The notes beneath the pieces were generated by a model that worked only from the letters and a program-made list of their open reading frames with translations, had not been told where the DNA came from and ran no database searches. Position numbers and translations under genes: made by a program. From IMG/VR virus record IMGVR_UViG_3300043418_000182: a stretch of DNA of 20,000 nucleotides; one strand, given 5' to 3'. How positions within the stretch are numbered: the first letter of the stretch is position 1; every line of letters begins with the position of its first letter. Source of the stretch: an uncultured virus (IMG/VR IMGVR_UViG_3300043418_000182). Its lineage: Duplodnaviria > Heunggongvirae > Uroviricota > Caudoviricetes > Schitoviridae. Shown in pieces: positions 16,388 through 20,000 of the stretch.

Positions 16388-16566
16388 GGTTCATCGTCTT
16401 TCTCCACTGGCTCAATTCCTGAGCCGTGGCATTTGTAGCAACTTGAGCCGTCATACATGCCTTCACCTGAGCCACTACATCCTGAACAGATTTGGTCTTC
16501 GTCCTCATCAAATTCCTCTTCAATGAGGTCTTCGTCAGGATCTACAAGGTCTCGATCTTGTGGCAT
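16384..16566 (-). CDS. Small acidic protein with DnaJ-type zinc-finger repeats
   Basis: CSGCSGSG and CYKCHGSG (CxxCxGxG twice) after an acidic stretch. Confidence 0.7.
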   Translation of the reverse strand: MPQDRDLVDPDEDLIEEEFDEDEDQICSGCSGSGEGMYDGSSCYKCHGSGIEPVEKDDEP

Positions 16567-16670
16567 GCGTAAACCTTTGGTTTTTGGGACACGTAGTAAA
16601 ACGTGATGGATGCAAGCAGCAGGCAAGTGGCCAAGACTGTGCAAGCGATGGTGATTAGAACTGTCTTCAT
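16542..16670 (-). CDS. Small membrane protein (42 aa)
   Basis: MKTVLITIACTVLATCLLLASITFYYV...; ATGA-coupled, GGAG SD. Confidence 0.5.
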   Translation of the reverse strand: MKTVLITIACTVLATCLLLASITFYYVSQKPKVYACHKIETL

Positions 16671-17008
16671 CGCATGCTCCCTATGTGCGCAATGGTGTAA
16701 AAATTCCAAAGAATGAAGCCGATGAAAATCAGAACAATCACCCCGGTGAATCGGTTGGAAATGCGTTGTTGCTCTTGGTTTTCTTCTTGAAGACGCTTGC
16801 GCTCTTCGATGTACATGTCGTACACACCAGGAGGTGCTTGGTAAATCAGCCACTCACGGAGCTCAGTTTGCTTGCGCTCTAGTTGGAAGCGGTCAATGGC
16901 TGCGTGCATCGCTGCATAGTCCAAAGTGGATTCAGGAATCACCTTTGACTGGTCGCCAATGATGGCTTTAACCTCTTCCAAGGTCTTGTTTTTGAGTTCT
17001 GGCTCCAT
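16667..17008 (-). CDS. Coiled-coil protein with C-terminal TM
   Basis: 113 aa ending in FTGVIVLIFIGFILWNFYTI. Confidence 0.7.
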   Translation of the reverse strand: MEPELKNKTLEEVKAIIGDQSKVIPESTLDYAAMHAAIDRFQLERKQTELREWLIYQAPPGVYDMYIEERKRLQEENQEQQRISNRFTGVIVLIFIGFILWNFYTIAHIGSMR

Positions 17009-17102
17009 GTTGTCTTTCTATCGGCTGTGTATAGTCAAAAAATGAATTTTCTGAAAGTTAGGATATCGGTTTGGGTTTTTGGAGAAGTCTCAGAGAACTT
17101 CT

Positions 17103-17136
17103 AAAAAAATAGGGCCTATCCTTTCGGATAAGCCCC
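17103..17136 (-). terminator. Intrinsic terminator after RNAP2
   Basis: Minus strand GGGGCTTATCC-GAAA-GGATAGGCCCT-ATTTTTTT with a GNRA loop. Confidence 0.88.
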
Positions 17137-17180
17137 ACTTCACCCAGTCACCACAGCGCCGGGAAGGCGCGATGGGTAAC

Positions 17181-18425
17181 TCAACACAATCCGTAGCTTG
17201 ACTCCCTGATGACATCTCCAAGGGTGTGAGACAACTTGGGGAAGTACCCTGGCTTGCCATGTATCTGGCTCAACAAGTCGTCCAGCAAGAAGCTGTCAGC
17301 CAAGTCAGCCAAGATTTCCTTGTACTGGAATCGCACCCAGTTCACGTTGTTGGCATGAGCCTTGAACTCGTCATGGATGGTGACAAGCTCAAATGGCTGG
17401 TACTGCAGCATGCCATTGACCATGGTGGCCAAGGCCTCAAGGTGCTTTTTGCTCAGCTGCTGGATGTTGTCCATGTCCAAGTAGGGCAGGATGACCACAT
17501 CAGCCACAGTGCTGCGAACGAACTGGTCAACGTAGTAGCCTGCCTTGCCTGCTGGGCGAGAGACCTCACGGACTTCTCCCATCAGACGTTCCAGCAACTC
17601 TAGCTCGATGAGGCCATCGGCATACTTGACCACATCAACATCGTAGTTACAGCGACGGTGCATGCAGCGCAGGATGTAGGCATCCACACTGTGGGTGAGG
17701 TTGGCGGCATTGCTCAGACCAGACTTTGACCCTTGGTTCTCATAGAACTCGTAGGTAAAGGTGGCATGGTCAAGTTCGTCAACTTCAATCCTGGCTTCCA
17801 CTTTCTTCATGACCTTGATGCGAGCATCAAACCCATCGGGAAGTATCCATTCATGCTGCAAGGCATACGGCTGCCAGCTGGCCAACAAGTCTTGCAGAAG
17901 TTCCCATGCACCAGGTGCAATGGTTTGGGCAGCCTGGTAGAAGGCATCGAGCTCAGGCGTGTTCTCACCAAACAATGTCTTGGGCTGAGCTTTGGAGCCG
18001 TAGAAGGATGTCATCAAAGCCTGTTTGGCATCTGAACGAGACACTTCTAGGCCACCACCCAAGATGACATTCATGGTGTCAGTGCAGGCAGCATAGGCAT
18101 CCGCGCGCACATTGGGGTCAACCAATCCTGTGGCCTTGGCACCAGCTTCACAGCCAGTAAGCACGGACATGACCTGAATGCCTGAGCAGCAGCCATCGAC
18201 ACCAACCATGTGGCCGGTTGGGATACCAGCCAGTGCTTTGCGAATGGCCTGCACAGCTTTCATGTAGAGAGGCTTGGTTTCGGCTTGGTCAGCCAACGTC
18301 TCGAGAACTGTGAGGTTGTCACGGGTCCATTGGATACGGTCTTCAAAGGTGAGCTTGTCCAGTCCAAACTGGGAAGCAGCATCTATGAGCAAGTACTCGT
18401 ATCCGGTATAGGTAGTCATTGCCAT
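17181..18425 (-). CDS. N4-like RNA polymerase II subunit 2 (gp16-like)
   Basis: T7-type motif A VDGCCSGIQ, motif B RSDAKQALMTSFYGS and motif C TIHDEF; 414 aa, the C-terminal half of a T7-type RNAP; AAGGAG SD. Confidence 0.95.
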   Translation of the reverse strand: MAMTTYTGYEYLLIDAASQFGLDKLTFEDRIQWTRDNLTVLETLADQAETKPLYMKAVQAIRKALAGIPTGHMVGVDGCCSGIQVMSVLTGCEAGAKATGLVDPNVRADAYAACTDTMNVILGGGLEVSRSDAKQALMTSFYGSKAQPKTLFGENTPELDAFYQAAQTIAPGAWELLQDLLASWQPYALQHEWILPDGFDARIKVMKKVEARIEVDELDHATFTYEFYENQGSKSGLSNAANLTHSVDAYILRCMHRRCNYDVDVVKYADGLIELELLERLMGEVREVSRPAGKAGYYVDQFVRSTVADVVILPYLDMDNIQQLSKKHLEALATMVNGMLQYQPFELVTIHDEFKAHANNVNWVRFQYKEILADLADSFLLDDLLSQIHGKPGYFPKLSHTLGDVIRESSYGLC

Positions 18426-18448
18426 AGAAGGCTCCTTAGTGGGTTGGT

Positions 18449-18634
18449 TTATCGGGTTGCGTTGAAGAACTTCATCCGCATGGACGCGTCTTCTAACGAT
18501 TCAGTGGCAAGGTCATTGTCATGAAGAGGGTTTTGCATCTGGTCATGCAGCCAGCGTGCTTCATCCTCAGTCAGTACCAATGTCACTTTCTTCGTGCTGT
18601 AGGTTTCGGTGGAAGATTGCATAAAGTCTTTCAA
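18449..18634 (-). CDS. Hypothetical protein
   Basis: 61 aa; start is TTG 18634 or ATG 18622. Confidence 0.6.
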   Translation of the reverse strand: MKDFMQSSTETYSTKKVTLVLTEDEARWLHDQMQNPLHDNDLATESLEDASMRMKFFNATR

Positions 18635-18873
18635 GGTGGGTTGAGTAGTTCCATTACAAGAAGTTCTTTGGGAACATCTTCTAAGAGAACTGGGGTGCCG
18701 TCACATCTAGACCAACAAGTGGGATAGAAGTTGTGGCCTTCGGGATACTTGATGTATCCGCCGTTGTAAACATCAGGAGGTAGGCCTTGAAACCTGACGG
18801 TTTCGTTCTGCCTTACCGATGATGTGAGCATTACCTGATTGGCGTAGTACACACGAGCAGTGCTGTGCTTCAT
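18631..18873 (-). CDS. Small hypothetical protein, member 3 of the C-terminal motif family
   Basis: Start reassigned to ATG 18873 (ATGA overlap, GGAG SD); ends EDVPKELLVMELLNPP. Confidence 0.65.
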   Translation of the reverse strand: MKHSTARVYYANQVMLTSSVRQNETVRFQGLPPDVYNGGYIKYPEGHNFYPTCWSRCDGTPVLLEDVPKELLVMELLNPP

Positions 18874-19079
18874 ACACCCACTCCTAGAAGTAGCAGGTGC
18901 ATGAGAAAGTCCTTGGGCACATGTTCTTTGGCTCGCCTTGTGAGCTTGCCTTTGAACAGCACATACCATGGGCTGGGAATACCAGGCTCATAGATGTACG
19001 CGTGCCTGAACTGACCGTAGTAGAAGCTGTTCAGTGCTATCACTTTCCCATGGGTTGGGTAGATGTAGAACCTGCTCAT
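18870..19079 (-). CDS. Small hypothetical protein, member 2 of the C-terminal motif family
   Basis: 69 aa, ATGA-coupled; ends EHVPKDFLMHLLLLGVGV. Confidence 0.7.
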   Translation of the reverse strand: MSRFYIYPTHGKVIALNSFYYGQFRHAYIYEPGIPSPWYVLFKGKLTRRAKEHVPKDFLMHLLLLGVGV

Positions 19080-19339
19080 GACACGCCCAACAGAAGTAGG
19101 TGTGCCTTGAACTCAGCTGGGAACTCTTGGAGATGTCTGGTTTCCCAGATTGCAGACCAGTTACGAGGCCTGTCGTTTTGAGCCCAGATGCCATAGCGCA
19201 TGTTGGGTTCAGTCTCGAAGTCATCCACACAAGGACAGTATCTGTACTTGTGCATGGCTGCTTGTTCGAACGACTCGGTGCGTACCTGAGGTCGTATATC
19301 TACCAGTCTTTCCTGGTACCAGAAGTACGTTGCCTTCAT
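19076..19339 (-). CDS. Small hypothetical protein, member 1 of the C-terminal motif family
   Basis: 87 aa, ATGA-coupled to RNAP1; ends QEFPAEFKAHLLLLGVS. Confidence 0.7.
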   Translation of the reverse strand: MKATYFWYQERLVDIRPQVRTESFEQAAMHKYRYCPCVDDFETEPNMRYGIWAQNDRPRNWSAIWETRHLQEFPAEFKAHLLLLGVS

Positions 19340-20000
19340 GACACACCCGTCACAATCTCCTCTTTGACCAGCTCAAGCTGAGCCTTTTTGAAGGACGTGC
19401 CCTGCGTAGTGATGTGGTACCCACACGCATAGATGCGGCCACGTTTATCCACCTTGTGGGTGAGATAGAACTGGTTGCCACATTGCACCATCAGGTCGTA
19501 GAACTCATAGCTTTGACGTTTGAAATCAGCCCACTGTTCTTCCTTGTCCTGCGAGTCGAGCTCAAAAGTTGGGTCTTCCTCCACGGTGCAGAGGAAGTCG
19601 GTATCCAACTTCAGGGCCACCTTGTTCATGAGGTTCAGAACATCCAGACACAAGTCTCCATCGTGGTGGTTTCCTGTCCCCAGAATCAACGAATCGTTGT
19701 GGGTGAGGTAGCCTGAGGAGAAGTTGTGGGTCAACTCCAATGGTTCGCACACCATGGGTGGCAAGTACTGAGAGTTCTGGATGAAGTCTTTCAGGTTGTT
19801 GCTCAGAGGTATCCGAGACTCCACCATCAGGCTGGCTGACTTGTCTGCCTTGACAATGTCAAAGGCATCGGTTTCACACAACACTGCAAGTAGCTCCGCT
19901 ACTGTGGTGATGGCTTCAGTACGGTCAGAGAACTTCAGTCGAGAAGCAATCTGGGCACTCACAGATGTGAACAGCTCAGGCTTTTGACTGTAGGCAATGC
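19336..20000 (-). CDS. N4-like RNA polymerase II subunit 1 (gp15-like), 5'-truncated by the window
   Basis: QYLPPMVCEP and the T7-type DxRGRxY motif (HKVDKRGRIYACGY); the frame stays open to the window edge. Confidence 0.92.
   Translation of the reverse strand, partial: IAYSQKPELFTSVSAQIASRLKFSDRTEAITTVAELLAVLCETDAFDIVKADKSASLMVESRIPLSNNLKDFIQNSQYLPPMVCEPLELTHNFSSGYLTHNDSLILGTGNHHDGDLCLDVLNLMNKVALKLDTDFLCTVEEDPTFELDSQDKEEQWADFKRQSYEFYDLMVQCGNQFYLTHKVDKRGRIYACGYHITTQGTSFKKAQLELVKEEIVTGVS

Noticed and set aside
16377..16670. Two nearby ORFs both starting MKTVL (ATGAAGACAGT)
   Set aside because: Only 11 nt are shared, mostly start-context bias, with no similarity beyond.
17140..17180. N4 virion-RNAP hairpin promoter
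   Set aside because: The loop is 5 nt rather than the 3-nt loop of N4 early promoters, and the hairpin lies upstream of a terminator.
1..20000. CRISPR array, intron/intein, or diversity-generating retroelement
   Set aside because: No regularly spaced repeats, no reverse transcriptase, and the polymerase, helicase and RNAP2 are uninterrupted and of normal length.

Overview
The whole window is phage DNA from an N4-like (Schitoviridae-type) genome that appears to be temperate. The minus strand (about 7-20 kb) carries the N4 early/middle core: split T7-type RNA polymerase II (RNAP1, truncated at the window edge, and RNAP2), small early ORFs including two HTH proteins, a MoxR-type AAA ATPase, a metallopeptidase-vWA protein, a Dda-like helicase and a family A DNA polymerase. 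Just past the polymerase are an oppositely oriented Dps/ferritin-like gene, a xis-int pair and an intact attP. The attP consists of the 3' half of a tRNA-Arg(ACG), a replacement terminator, IHF-consensus sites and repeated ATGACGCA arm-type sites. Phage genes flank the core on both sides, so this is the non-integrated form. The plus strand (1-3 kb) is an unusually long lysis cassette: several membrane proteins, a Cys-rich lipoprotein, Rz with embedded Rz1, and a GH19 endolysin. Main points of interest are the integration module in an N4-like backbone, an integrase lacking its first catalytic Arg, a tandem set of small proteins sharing a C-terminal motif between the RNAP subunits, and a possible second spanin-like pair. 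All family calls come from motif recognition by eye; no database searches were run.
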